A DNA stretch of 47,454 bases, taken from Thermoanaerobaculia bacterium (GTDB taxonomy: Bacteria > Acidobacteriota > Thermoanaerobaculia > Gp7-AA8). The stretch is from contig JAENWF010000164.1 in assembly GCA_016650215.1 (NCBI GenBank), positions 1 through 47,454 of the forward strand, read 5' to 3'. Under the pieces are notes generated by a model. It had not been told where the DNA came from. It made no database searches and saw only the letters and a list, made by a program, of their open reading frames with translations. A program made the position numbers and the translations under genes. Below are positions 8,365 to 16,480 of the stretch, in pieces (within the stretch, counting starts at the first letter, position 1; every line of letters starts with the position of its first letter).

Positions 8365-9302
8365 TGAAAATCAGCGTCGATACGGTCAAGGTTGTTGAAG
8401 TCGGTCCGCGCGATGGCCTTCAGAACGAGAAGGTCACGATCCCGGCTCAGGTGAAGATCGACTACATCACCGCCCTCGGGGACGCAGGCCTGCGTGTGAT
8501 CGAAGCGGGTGCGTTCGTCAGCCCGAAGTGGGTCCCGCAGATGGCCGATACGGCCGAGGTCTATCGGAACATTCCGAAGGACCCCGGGATGGAGTATCCG
8601 GTGCTCGTCCCGAACATGAAGGGACTCGAGCTCGCGATCGATGCAGGGGTGAAGTCGATCGCGATCTTCACCGCGGCGTCGGAGACGTTCAACAAGCGCA
8701 ACATCAACATGACGATCGACGAGTCGTTCGAGAGCTACGCGCCGGTCGCGATTCGCGCGCGCGGCGAGGGGATGCGCGTTCGCGGCTACGTATCGACCGC
8801 ATTCGGCTGCCCGTACGACGGTGAAGTCGCGCCGGAGAAGGTGCTCGAAGTTTCCGCGCGCCTGCTCGATCTTGGCTGCTACGAGGTCTCGATCGGTGAC
8901 ACGATCGGCGTGGGAACGCCGATGCAGGTGCAGGGTGTGATCGGCATGCTGCTGCAGGTCATCCCGCCTTCGAAACTCGCGATGCATTTTCACGACACGC
9001 GAGGAATGGCGCTCGCGAACACACTCGCCGCGCTCGAGATGGGAATCGCGACGTTCGACGCGTCCGCCGGAGGCCTCGGCGGTTGCCCATTTGCGCCCGG
9101 TGCGTCGGGCAACATGGCGACCGAGGATCTCGTCTACCTGCTCGACGGGATGGCGATCGAGACCGGGGTCGATCTAAAAAAACTCGTGGCGGCGTCGTCG
9201 ATCATCGCGCCATATCTGAATCATCCGCTCCCAGGGCGCTATCTGCAGGCCTGCACGCGCACTGCGCTGCCCGTGGCCACGCAGACGACCGCGGTACAAT
9301 GA
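8364..9302 (+). CDS. Hydroxymethylglutaryl-CoA lyase
   Basis: Motifs VEVGPRDGLQNE, HFHDTRGMALAN and GLGGCPFAPGASGN are present. 312 aa. Confidence 0.9.
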   Translation: MKISVDTVKVVEVGPRDGLQNEKVTIPAQVKIDYITALGDAGLRVIEAGAFVSPKWVPQMADTAEVYRNIPKDPGMEYPVLVPNMKGLELAIDAGVKSIAIFTAASETFNKRNINMTIDESFESYAPVAIRARGEGMRVRGYVSTAFGCPYDGEVAPEKVLEVSARLLDLGCYEVSIGDTIGVGTPMQVQGVIGMLLQVIPPSKLAMHFHDTRGMALANTLAALEMGIATFDASAGGLGGCPFAPGASGNMATEDLVYLLDGMAIETGVDLKKLVAASSIIAPYLNHPLPGRYLQACTRTALPVATQTTAVQ

Positions 9303-9315
9303 GCTCACTCCATCG

Positions 9316-9759
9316 ATGAGTGAGCCGGCACAAGCCGTCAACGGCTGGAAGGGTGGTTGGTACGTGGTGCCGTACCGGGTCGCGTTCCGCGACATCGACG
9401 CCTTCGGCCACGTCAACAACGCGGTCTACCTGACGTACTTCGAGATTGCGCGCACCGATCTGTGGCTCCAGGTGGTCGGGGGTACCGGTTGGCGCGATGT
9501 CGGGTTCATCGTGGCGCGCGCCGAAATCGACTTCCGCCAACAGCTCGCGATGGAACCGATCGATATCTGCGTCCGCATCGGTGACATGAGAAACAGCTCG
9601 TTCGACTTTCTGTGCGAGGTCCGCCGCGACGCGAGCCGCGAGATTGCAGCGACAATGAAGGTCGTCGTCGTTTTCTTCGACTGGAAGACGAACGCGAAGA
9701 AGCCGATCAGCGATGCGATGCGGCAGAGGGTCGCATCGATGCAGGGGGGAGGGTCATGA
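9316..9759 (+). CDS. Acyl-CoA thioesterase, 4HBT/YbgC hotdog family
   Basis: VAFRDIDAFGHVNNAVYLTYFE is typical of hotdog thioesterases. 147 aa. Confidence 0.8.
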   Translation: MSEPAQAVNGWKGGWYVVPYRVAFRDIDAFGHVNNAVYLTYFEIARTDLWLQVVGGTGWRDVGFIVARAEIDFRQQLAMEPIDICVRIGDMRNSSFDFLCEVRRDASREIAATMKVVVVFFDWKTNAKKPISDAMRQRVASMQGGGS

Positions 9760-10616
9760 CGATGCATGATGGCCGGCTGTTCACGCATCCCACGCTCGCG
9801 AGGAAGCGATTCTGCGAGATCGCGGCGCGCCCCGAGCCGAGCCTCGATCTCGTCGAGGGCTCGCTCGTCATTGCGCTGGAAGAGGATCCGCGCCTCGACA
9901 TCGATCGCTATCTCACGCAGTTCGACGGATGGAGTGCGGCTGTCCGGCAGCGGCTCGAGGGCTCGCTCGATGTCGAGCGGATCGTCGAGTCCATCAATCG
10001 CATCCTCTTTGATGAAGAGGGGTTTCATGGCGAGGACGAGGACTATTACGACCCCCGCAGCGCCCTGCTGTCGGACACGCTGGATCGTCACGCCGGTCTT
10101 CCGATCACGCTCTCGATTCTCTACATCGAGATGTCGCGACGTGCGGGAGTCGAGGCGACCGGCGTCTCGCTGGCCGGACGATTTCTCGTGAAGTTCACCG
10201 GCGCGTTCGGCGAGATCGTCGTCGATCCTTTCGACGGCGGTCACGTGATGACGACTCCGGAGCTGCAGGCGATCCTCGACGCGATGTACGGAGGCGGTGT
10301 CCGTCTGCGCGAGCAACACCTGCGCGGGTTCACGCGCCGGCAGATTCTGGCGCGCGAACTTGCGCAACTGAAAGCGGCCTATCTGGCTCAACGTGATCTG
10401 ACCCGCGCGGCCGCATCTGTCGACCGGCTGCTGATTCTGGACGCGCGCGACGCGTCCGAGGTGCGCGACCGCGCGGCCCTTGCCGTGCAGATGCACGCCT
10501 ACGCGCAGGCGATCGAGTGTTTCGAGCGCTATCTGGAGCTGATGCCGCACGCCGAAGACCGTTCGCGCGTTCGCGAGCGGATCGCGTGGCTCAGCGCCTG
10601 GATGGATCAGAACTAA
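9756..10616 (+). CDS. SirB1-like transglutaminase-like/TPR protein
   Basis: Track ORF trimmed to the ATG at 9756, which overlaps the thioesterase stop (ATGA). The layout is N-terminal LDLVEGSLVIALEEDP, then LPITLSILYIEMSRRAG, then a C-terminal TPR-like helix pair. Confidence 0.65.
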   Translation: MTMHDGRLFTHPTLARKRFCEIAARPEPSLDLVEGSLVIALEEDPRLDIDRYLTQFDGWSAAVRQRLEGSLDVERIVESINRILFDEEGFHGEDEDYYDPRSALLSDTLDRHAGLPITLSILYIEMSRRAGVEATGVSLAGRFLVKFTGAFGEIVVDPFDGGHVMTTPELQAILDAMYGGGVRLREQHLRGFTRRQILARELAQLKAAYLAQRDLTRAAASVDRLLILDARDASEVRDRAALAVQMHAYAQAIECFERYLELMPHAEDRSRVRERIAWLSAWMDQN

Positions 10617-10668
10617 CACACTCTGTCTGATACACTTCGCGCGAGTTTTCGGCGGGGAGCGTAAGCCC

Positions 10669-11391
10669 GTGATCACGGGATTCAACACCGACATCCGGCA
10701 CAACGACAAGGTCTATCACATACAGACCGAAGATAAGGGTCTTCAGAACCCTTACATCGAGTCCCTCGTGTATGTCGGTGGTGAGATCCTCGCGTCGAAA
10801 AAGACCTCGTACGCGGAGCAGGCGAAGACAGGCGTCGACGAGAAGTGGATCGGCGGGCTGATGGAGCAGCAGCACCGCACGATGATCGCAGCCATCAAGC
10901 GCGGCCGGCTCGATCAGCCGGCCGATTCGACCAAGATGGCGATCAAGCCCGGCGGACCGACGGTCGCCGCTCCCGCTCCCGATATGACGAACGCGACGAC
11001 GGCCGGCTCGACTCCCGTTCCGACGAGCGACGAGAAGACGCTCGATCAGGTCATCAGCGACTATCTCGTATCAGAAGCCGATAGCGAGCACCTCGAGCTC
11101 TCGCTCCTGACGCAGGGCGAGTTCTTCGCGGGTGCTCCCGTCGAGCTGCGGGTCGCAACCAGGAGAAGTCTCTCGCAGAATCCGATCGCCGCCGCGTCGA
11201 TCGAGGTCAAAGTCATCTCGACTGTCGAACCGCCACGCGTGATCTTCCGCGGCAAGACCGCGGCCGACGGAACCGCTATGGTCCGCTGCACGATCCCGGC
11301 GTTCCGCGAAGGAACCGCCGCCGTCATCATCTCCGCGCAAAGCCCGATCGGGAACGATGAGGTCAAGCAGCTCGTCAAGCGAAAGAAGTGA
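10669..11391 (+). CDS. Hypothetical protein (conserved N-terminal FNTDIRH..VYHIQTEDKG module, Ala/Pro/Thr linker, beta-rich C-terminal domain)
   Basis: GTG start at 10669 with GGGGAG 9 nt upstream. Composition is coding-like. No family that I can name. Confidence 0.6.
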   Translation: MITGFNTDIRHNDKVYHIQTEDKGLQNPYIESLVYVGGEILASKKTSYAEQAKTGVDEKWIGGLMEQQHRTMIAAIKRGRLDQPADSTKMAIKPGGPTVAAPAPDMTNATTAGSTPVPTSDEKTLDQVISDYLVSEADSEHLELSLLTQGEFFAGAPVELRVATRRSLSQNPIAAASIEVKVISTVEPPRVIFRGKTAADGTAMVRCTIPAFREGTAAVIISAQSPIGNDEVKQLVKRKK

Positions 11392-11505
11392 CGAGTGACG
11401 CGTTACGCGTTACGCGTGACGAGTTGGGACCCGACTCGTTTCAGCGAGATTAGACAAGCACTTACCTCCTCGGCCGCTCGTCACGCGTCACGCGTCACGC
11501 GTTAC
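11388..11505. repeat. GTKACGM heptamer arrays as long-range inverted repeat, with an inner terminator-like hairpin
   Basis: The left arm GTGACGAGTGACGCGTTACGCGTTACGCGTGACGAG (11388-11423) is nearly complementary to CTCGTCACGCGTCACGCGTCACGCGTTAC (11477-11505). An inner hairpin CGAGTTGGGACCCGACTCG followed by TTT lies at about 11419-11441. Confidence 0.85.
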
Positions 11506-11544
11506 CCGTCTTAGTGCGGAATTACCCTTGCATAGTCGCCGAAT

Positions 11545-13956
11545 GTGATCCGATCCCGCGGACTGCGCGCGTTTCTGACTCTTGCCGGACTTGCTGGCCT
11601 CACCTACCTCTTGGCGAGCCTTTACCTTCCGTCTTCGCGGCGGTTGATCTTTGGCGTCGACAAGAGGAGCGGGAGCGTGCGGATGGTGCGGCAGAACGTG
11701 ACGTATCTGCCGCCGCATCGTTTCTACCGGCTCACGTTCGAGAAGCGCGACGGAGCGGCGCAGCGCGATGGTCTTGTGCGGATCGTGTCGAAGGAAGGCG
11801 TTCCGGTCACAATCAACTACCGTTTGCGTTTTGGCGTAGAGGGAAATCAGATCTCGGATTCGCGCCGCCTCGTGACTGACGGTTGGAACGGTTGGATTCG
11901 CGCGCGGGTCGGGGAGGCGGTGTCGGCGGTTACGAAGCAGGTTTCGATCGAGGAGCTGCTCTCGCCGAGCTCGCGGTTCAATCAACAGCGCGATCCGCTT
12001 CGCCGCGTCGTCGCGGCGCATCTCGCGCAGAGCGGATTGAAGGTCGCAGCGTTCGAAATCGCCCGCATCGAAGCCGACCGTGGCGCGCTCCTTCGCTACA
12101 AGCGCGCCGAGCTCCGGCGCGGTGCGCGCGGCGTCGCCGGCCGGGTGGCGGTCTTCGCGATCGACGGAGCCGATTGGGACTTGATTCAGGAGCTCGCGAA
12201 CGACGGGCGCATCCCAAACATCGCGGCGCTCGTGCGCAATGGCACGACGGCATCGCTTCAGACGATTCAACCGACCGTCTCGCCGCTGGTCTGGACGACG
12301 CTTGCGACAGGCGTCTCACCCGACCGTCACGGGGTCATCGATTTTCTCGCAGGCGTGGCGCCGGTCGACTCGAACACGCGCCGCTCTCCGGCCGTGTGGG
12401 AGATCGCGGAGGCATTCGGGCGTCCCGCGGTCGTCGGCAACTGGTGGACGGCCTGGCCTCCGATGGAGGGGGAGACGGTGGTCTTCGATACTCCCGTGCA
12501 GCTCCTGGACGATGCGATCTACCCGGCATCAGCCGCTCCCAGGATGCAGTCGGCCCTCGTTCCTGTCTCCACGATCGGATCCGAGCAGGTGCGGCGGTTT
12601 CTGAACATCACGGGCGCCGAGTACGACCAGGCTGTCGCCGCGAACAATCCGGCCGACCCGGTCAACATTTTCCGCGGCGTGCTCGCGAAGACGTGGACTG
12701 ATCACCGCACCGCGATGAACCTCTATCGCGACAAGGCGCCGCTGCTCCTCATGATGTCGTACGAGGGAACCGACGTCGCCAATCACCTCTTCGCGCCGTA
12801 CCACCCGCCTTACCGCGAGGGAATCAGCCAGGAGCAGTACCGCAAGTATTGGCCGACCGTCGCAAACTACTACTCCGAGATCGACCGTCTCATCGGCGAG
12901 TGGATGCAGGTGCTCAGCGAAGACACGACGGTGATGATCGTGTCGGCCCATGGATTCCGATGGGGCAAGCCGCGGCCGCGTGTGCAGCCGGTCGGGCGCG
13001 CGGCGCTTTCGGATCACCGGAATCCCGGCGTGTTCATCGCGTACGGAAATCACGTCGCGCCAAACCGTGGAAGCCACACGATCTCGATCTACGACCTCAC
13101 CCCAACCATCCTCGCAATCCTCGGGCTTCCCGCCTCGGGCGACATGCAGGGGACGGTAGCGCGGTGGGCCTTCAAGGACATCGCTCCGGTAGAGTCAGTC
13201 GGCGTTGTCAGCTACAGCGAGGTTCTCAGCGACCGGCCGTTGGCCGTGACTCAGCGCGTGAACGCGCAGATATATCAGCGCAATCTCCAGGCGATCGGAC
13301 ACATGCTCGACTTGGCGCAGAGCGCATTGCCGCAGCTCGATGAGCAGGAGAATCCCGCGGTGGCCGCGCAGCCGTTGCCCCCTGACCAGTGGGGCCTCTA
13401 CGCTTTTCGCAACAATCAAGGGATCGAACTTCGGAAGCAGGGAAAGACGCGCGAGGCAGTCGAGGCGTTCCAGAAAGCGATCGACATCAATCCGACGCGT
13501 CCCACGCCTTATCTCAACATGGCGATGACGCTCTTCGACCGGCAGCAGTACGCGGCGGCGGATGACGTGTTCATGCAGGCGGTGACGAAAGGACTCCCGA
13601 ACGCCGACCGCTGGTTCGTCGACTTTGCGTCGCTCTATCGCAGCAGGGACATGACGGCGCGCGCGATTTCGCTGCTCTTCAAAGGCAAAGAGATCTTCCC
13701 GCAGTCGTTCATCATCGCCGCGAATCTCGGCTCCGCACTCTCGCAAGCCGACCGATACGCGGAGGGACTCGGCGAGCTCGAGCGCGCTCTCAGCCTTCAG
13801 CCTTCGTCGACCACCGCGCTCAACAACCTCGCGACCGTCTACGCGAAAAAGAACGAGTACGCGCGCGCACTCGACTTCTGGAACCGATCGCTCGCGATCA
13901 ATCCCCGCCAGCCCGAGATCCGCGTCGCCGCGGAATCGGCGCAGACGCATCTTTAG
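11545..13956 (+). CDS. Membrane-anchored SPFH-like / alkaline-phosphatase-superfamily (nucleotide pyrophosphatase-phosphodiesterase type) / TPR fusion protein
   Basis: GTG start with an N-terminal TM segment (LTLAGLAGLTYLLASLYL), followed by a Band7-like segment. The AlkP core reads VAVFAIDGADWDLI...TIQPTVSPLVWTTLATGVSPDRHGV. The C-terminus has TPR repeats (AVEAFQKAIDINP, YARALDFWNRSLAINP). Confidence 0.8.
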   Translation: MIRSRGLRAFLTLAGLAGLTYLLASLYLPSSRRLIFGVDKRSGSVRMVRQNVTYLPPHRFYRLTFEKRDGAAQRDGLVRIVSKEGVPVTINYRLRFGVEGNQISDSRRLVTDGWNGWIRARVGEAVSAVTKQVSIEELLSPSSRFNQQRDPLRRVVAAHLAQSGLKVAAFEIARIEADRGALLRYKRAELRRGARGVAGRVAVFAIDGADWDLIQELANDGRIPNIAALVRNGTTASLQTIQPTVSPLVWTTLATGVSPDRHGVIDFLAGVAPVDSNTRRSPAVWEIAEAFGRPAVVGNWWTAWPPMEGETVVFDTPVQLLDDAIYPASAAPRMQSALVPVSTIGSEQVRRFLNITGAEYDQAVAANNPADPVNIFRGVLAKTWTDHRTAMNLYRDKAPLLLMMSYEGTDVANHLFAPYHPPYREGISQEQYRKYWPTVANYYSEIDRLIGEWMQVLSEDTTVMIVSAHGFRWGKPRPRVQPVGRAALSDHRNPGVFIAYGNHVAPNRGSHTISIYDLTPTILAILGLPASGDMQGTVARWAFKDIAPVESVGVVSYSEVLSDRPLAVTQRVNAQIYQRNLQAIGHMLDLAQSALPQLDEQENPAVAAQPLPPDQWGLYAFRNNQGIELRKQGKTREAVEAFQKAIDINPTRPTPYLNMAMTLFDRQQYAAADDVFMQAVTKGLPNADRWFVDFASLYRSRDMTARAISLLFKGKEIFPQSFIIAANLGSALSQADRYAEGLGELERALSLQPSSTTALNNLATVYAKKNEYARALDFWNRSLAINPRQPEIRVAAESAQTHL

Positions 13957-13957
13957 A

Positions 13958-14141
13958 CTGAGTGCTGAGTCTTGAGTGCTGAGTCCTGAGTCCTGAGACT
14001 GAGTCCTGAGCGGATCATCGCTCGTGGGCCTGTGTCATCCCGAGCGCAGCGAGGGATCCCCCGCGTCCGGGCCATCATCATCTTGGCGCGGGGATTCTTC
14101 GCTTCGCTCAGGATGCCATCGTCCTCTCAGCACTCAGCACT
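13958..14141. repeat. CTGAGTG/CTGAGTC heptamer array plus nested REP-like hairpin
   Basis: A heptamer array lies at 13958-14010. A REP hairpin pairs GTCATCCCGAGCGCAGCGAGGGATCCCCCGCG with CGCGGGGATTCTTCGCTTCGCTCAGGATG (14034-14115). The complementary CTCAGCACTCAGCACT lies at 14125-14141. Confidence 0.85.
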
Positions 14142-14208
14142 ATGGTGCGCCTTCGGTGACGGTTGACACTTGACGTGCACCCGGAGCCGAAATACCATTC
14201 CTTGTCTG

Positions 14209-14223
14209 GACTGAGACTCAGTC
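14209..14223. promoter_or_regulatory. Perfect 7-1-7 palindrome GACTGAG-A-CTCAGTC 21 nt upstream of fur (candidate operator)
   Basis: The palindrome is read directly from the sequence. Its position, between a TTGACA/TTGACG pair (14163-14176) and the fur ATG, is suggestive. It does not resemble the AT-rich canonical Fur box. Confidence 0.25.
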
Positions 14224-14243
14224 TCAACTAACAACGGACGGCA

Positions 14244-14750
14244 ATGGCCCATCTCATCAAGGAAATCGGACGCTTTCAGGAGTTCCTTCAGAAGCAGGGA
14301 CTCAAGCTCACAGGCGAGCGGACCGCGCTTCTCCGCGAGATCTTCTCGACGCACTATCACTTCGAGGCGGACGAGCTTCTCTTCAAGATGAAAGAGAAGG
14401 GGGCCAAGATTTCTCGCGCCACCGTCTACCGCACCCTCGAACTGCTCGTGAAGTCAGGCATGGTCCGCCGCGTTCACCTCGGCGAGGATCACTACCACTA
14501 CGAGCACGTCACCGGGAACTCGCATCACGATCATCTGATCTGCACCACGTGCGGCGGCGTCATCGAGTTCAACGACCCGATTCTCGAAGAGCGCCAGCAC
14601 GAGATCTGCGCGAAAAAGAAGTTCACCCCCACGTTCCACAACCTTCAGATTCTCGGCGTATGCGACTCATGCACGAAGAAGGGCGAGCAGCCCGACGCAC
14701 CCGACCGCGTGCAGATGATTCAAACCGCTTCACTCCGGCTCCGAAAGTGA
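14244..14750 (+). CDS. fur: Fur-family metalloregulator
   Basis: Winged helix ISRATVYRTLELLVKSG, metal site HHDHLICTTCG and a second CDSC pair are present. It is the first gene of an iron-transport operon. Confidence 0.9.
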   Translation: MAHLIKEIGRFQEFLQKQGLKLTGERTALLREIFSTHYHFEADELLFKMKEKGAKISRATVYRTLELLVKSGMVRRVHLGEDHYHYEHVTGNSHHDHLICTTCGGVIEFNDPILEERQHEICAKKKFTPTFHNLQILGVCDSCTKKGEQPDAPDRVQMIQTASLRLRK

Positions 14751-14754
14751 CCTC

Positions 14755-15522
14755 ATGATCAACGCGCTCATCATCGTCTTCCGCGAAGGCTTCGAGGCCT
14801 TCCTCACCGTCGCGATCATCTTCGCGTATCTCAGCAAGACCGGGCGTACCTGGCTGCGACCGGCCGTCTGGTGGGGAATCGGTGTCTCGGTTCTCGCGAG
14901 CTTCGCACTCGGGCTCGTGCTGCAAAGGGTCAATCAGCCGTTGTGGGAGGGCGTCCTGGCTCTCGTGGCCGCGGTGCTCGTTGCTACGTTTGTCCTGCAG
15001 ATGCTGCGCACGGCGCCGCGGATGAAGCGGAATATGGAGCAGAAGCTCGAGCATCATGCGACGCGGGGCAGCCGCGCGCTCGCGATTGCCGGCACGTTCT
15101 TCTTCACGCTGCTCATGATCACGCGGGAAGGAATGGAGACCGCGCTGATGCTGATTCAGGTACGCCAGCCGGGCTTCACGATCGGCGCGATTCTCGGCGC
15201 CGCCGCGGCGGCCGGCCTCTCGTGGATCTGGGCTCATTACGCGCCGTACATCAACCTCAAGCGCTTCTTCCAGGTGACCGGCCTCTTTCTGCTGATGTTC
15301 ACCGGCCACGTCATCTTCTATGCGATTCATGAGTTCTCTGAGGCAGAGCTGCTTCCGAACAGTGAGGCAATTCACACCGCGACCGAACCGTGGACGCCCA
15401 TCGGCATCTACGGGAAGTGGGTATCGATCGGCATGATCGCGGTCTGTGCGGCGTGGCTCATCGGATCTTCGATCGTCGACCGGATCCGCGCGGCCCAGCG
15501 AATTCCGGCAGAGGCACCATGA
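14755..15522 (+). CDS. FTR1/EfeU-family high-affinity iron permease
   Basis: Polytopic protein carrying the two signature REGxE motifs (REGFEA near the N-terminus, REGMET mid-protein). Confidence 0.9.
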   Translation: MINALIIVFREGFEAFLTVAIIFAYLSKTGRTWLRPAVWWGIGVSVLASFALGLVLQRVNQPLWEGVLALVAAVLVATFVLQMLRTAPRMKRNMEQKLEHHATRGSRALAIAGTFFFTLLMITREGMETALMLIQVRQPGFTIGAILGAAAAAGLSWIWAHYAPYINLKRFFQVTGLFLLMFTGHVIFYAIHEFSEAELLPNSEAIHTATEPWTPIGIYGKWVSIGMIAVCAAWLIGSSIVDRIRAAQRIPAEAP

Positions 15523-16478
15523 AGCTGGCGGCGACAGTCATCATCCTGCTCGCCGCCGCTCCCGCCAGTACCGCTGAAGTCAGCAGGGCTCGGTACCTGA
15601 TGGGAACGGTGTGCGAGGTCAGCGTCGAGGGCGGGGTCGAGCCGGAGAAGCAGATCGCTCGCGCGTTCGCCGAGGCGGAGAGGATCGAGGGATTTCTCTC
15701 GACATGGCGCGAGGGGAGCGAACTCTCCAGATTGAACCGGGACGGCGATCTCGCCGTGTCACCGGAACTGTCGAAACTCCTGCGCTCGGTCGTCGATCAG
15801 TCGCGCCGCACCGGTGGCACGTTCAATCCGTTGATGCGCCCGCTGATCGACGCGTGGAAGACGCGCTTCGCGGGAGCGATTCCATCGCGCGACGCGATCG
15901 CCGCGGCTCTGAAGGCGATTGCATCATCGAATGTCCGCTTCGTCGAGCTCACCCGCGTCGTTCTCATCAACGGTGCGAAGTTCGAGGAGGGGGGATTCGG
16001 CAAGGGCTACGCGATCGATCGCATGCTTGCCGGGATCGCGTCGAGTCGAGCCCTGATCAACTTCGGCGGCCAGATCGGCGTCCGCGGCGAGCGCGAGGTG
16101 ACGATTGCCGATCCTGCCGACCGCCATCGTCCAGTCGTCGCATTCACGATTCACGACGCGTCGCTATCCACCAGCTCGGGATCGGAGAAGTCGTTCGTCA
16201 TCGGCGGTCGAACGCTGTCGCACATCATCGACCCGCGCACCGGCGAGCCGCTCCCGCCTCGCGGCTCCGCATCAGCCATCTCATCCGACGCACTCACTGC
16301 CGACATTTTCTCGACCGCTCTCTATGTGATGGGACCGGAGGAGGGTATTCGGTGGGCGAATGCGAACGGCGTAGCCGCAGCGTTCATCGGCGAGTCCTTC
16401 ATCTACGTGTCGAAACAGTTTCTCGAACGCGCGCGCGGGATCACAGTTCTCGACCCCAACTTCACCCTAAAGGATTGA
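15519..16478 (+). CDS. apbE: FAD:protein FMN transferase (ApbE family), exported
   Basis: Track ORF trimmed to the ATG at 15519, which overlaps the FTR1 stop (ATGA). Signal peptide MKLAATVIILLAAAPASTA is present. ApbE motifs are YLMGT, GGFGKGYAID, LSTSSGSEK and SHIIDPRTG. Confidence 0.9.
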   Translation: MKLAATVIILLAAAPASTAEVSRARYLMGTVCEVSVEGGVEPEKQIARAFAEAERIEGFLSTWREGSELSRLNRDGDLAVSPELSKLLRSVVDQSRRTGGTFNPLMRPLIDAWKTRFAGAIPSRDAIAAALKAIASSNVRFVELTRVVLINGAKFEEGGFGKGYAIDRMLAGIASSRALINFGGQIGVRGEREVTIADPADRHRPVVAFTIHDASLSTSSGSEKSFVIGGRTLSHIIDPRTGEPLPPRGSASAISSDALTADIFSTALYVMGPEEGIRWANANGVAAAFIGESFIYVSKQFLERARGITVLDPNFTLKD

Positions 16479-16480
16479 AC

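Noticed and set aside
9426-10709. 427-aa minus-strand ORF
   Set aside because: It is antisense to the thioesterase and SirB1-like genes, which carry recognisable motifs. It has no motifs of its own. This is a typical long antisense ORF of GC-rich DNA.
15611-16480. 5' two-fifths of the 720-aa track ORF 15611-17773
   Set aside because: This part lies in a different frame over the well-supported ApbE gene and is Arg-rich nonsense ([26 protein letters not shown]...). The real porin gene starts at the ATG at 16481, where a signal peptide begins.
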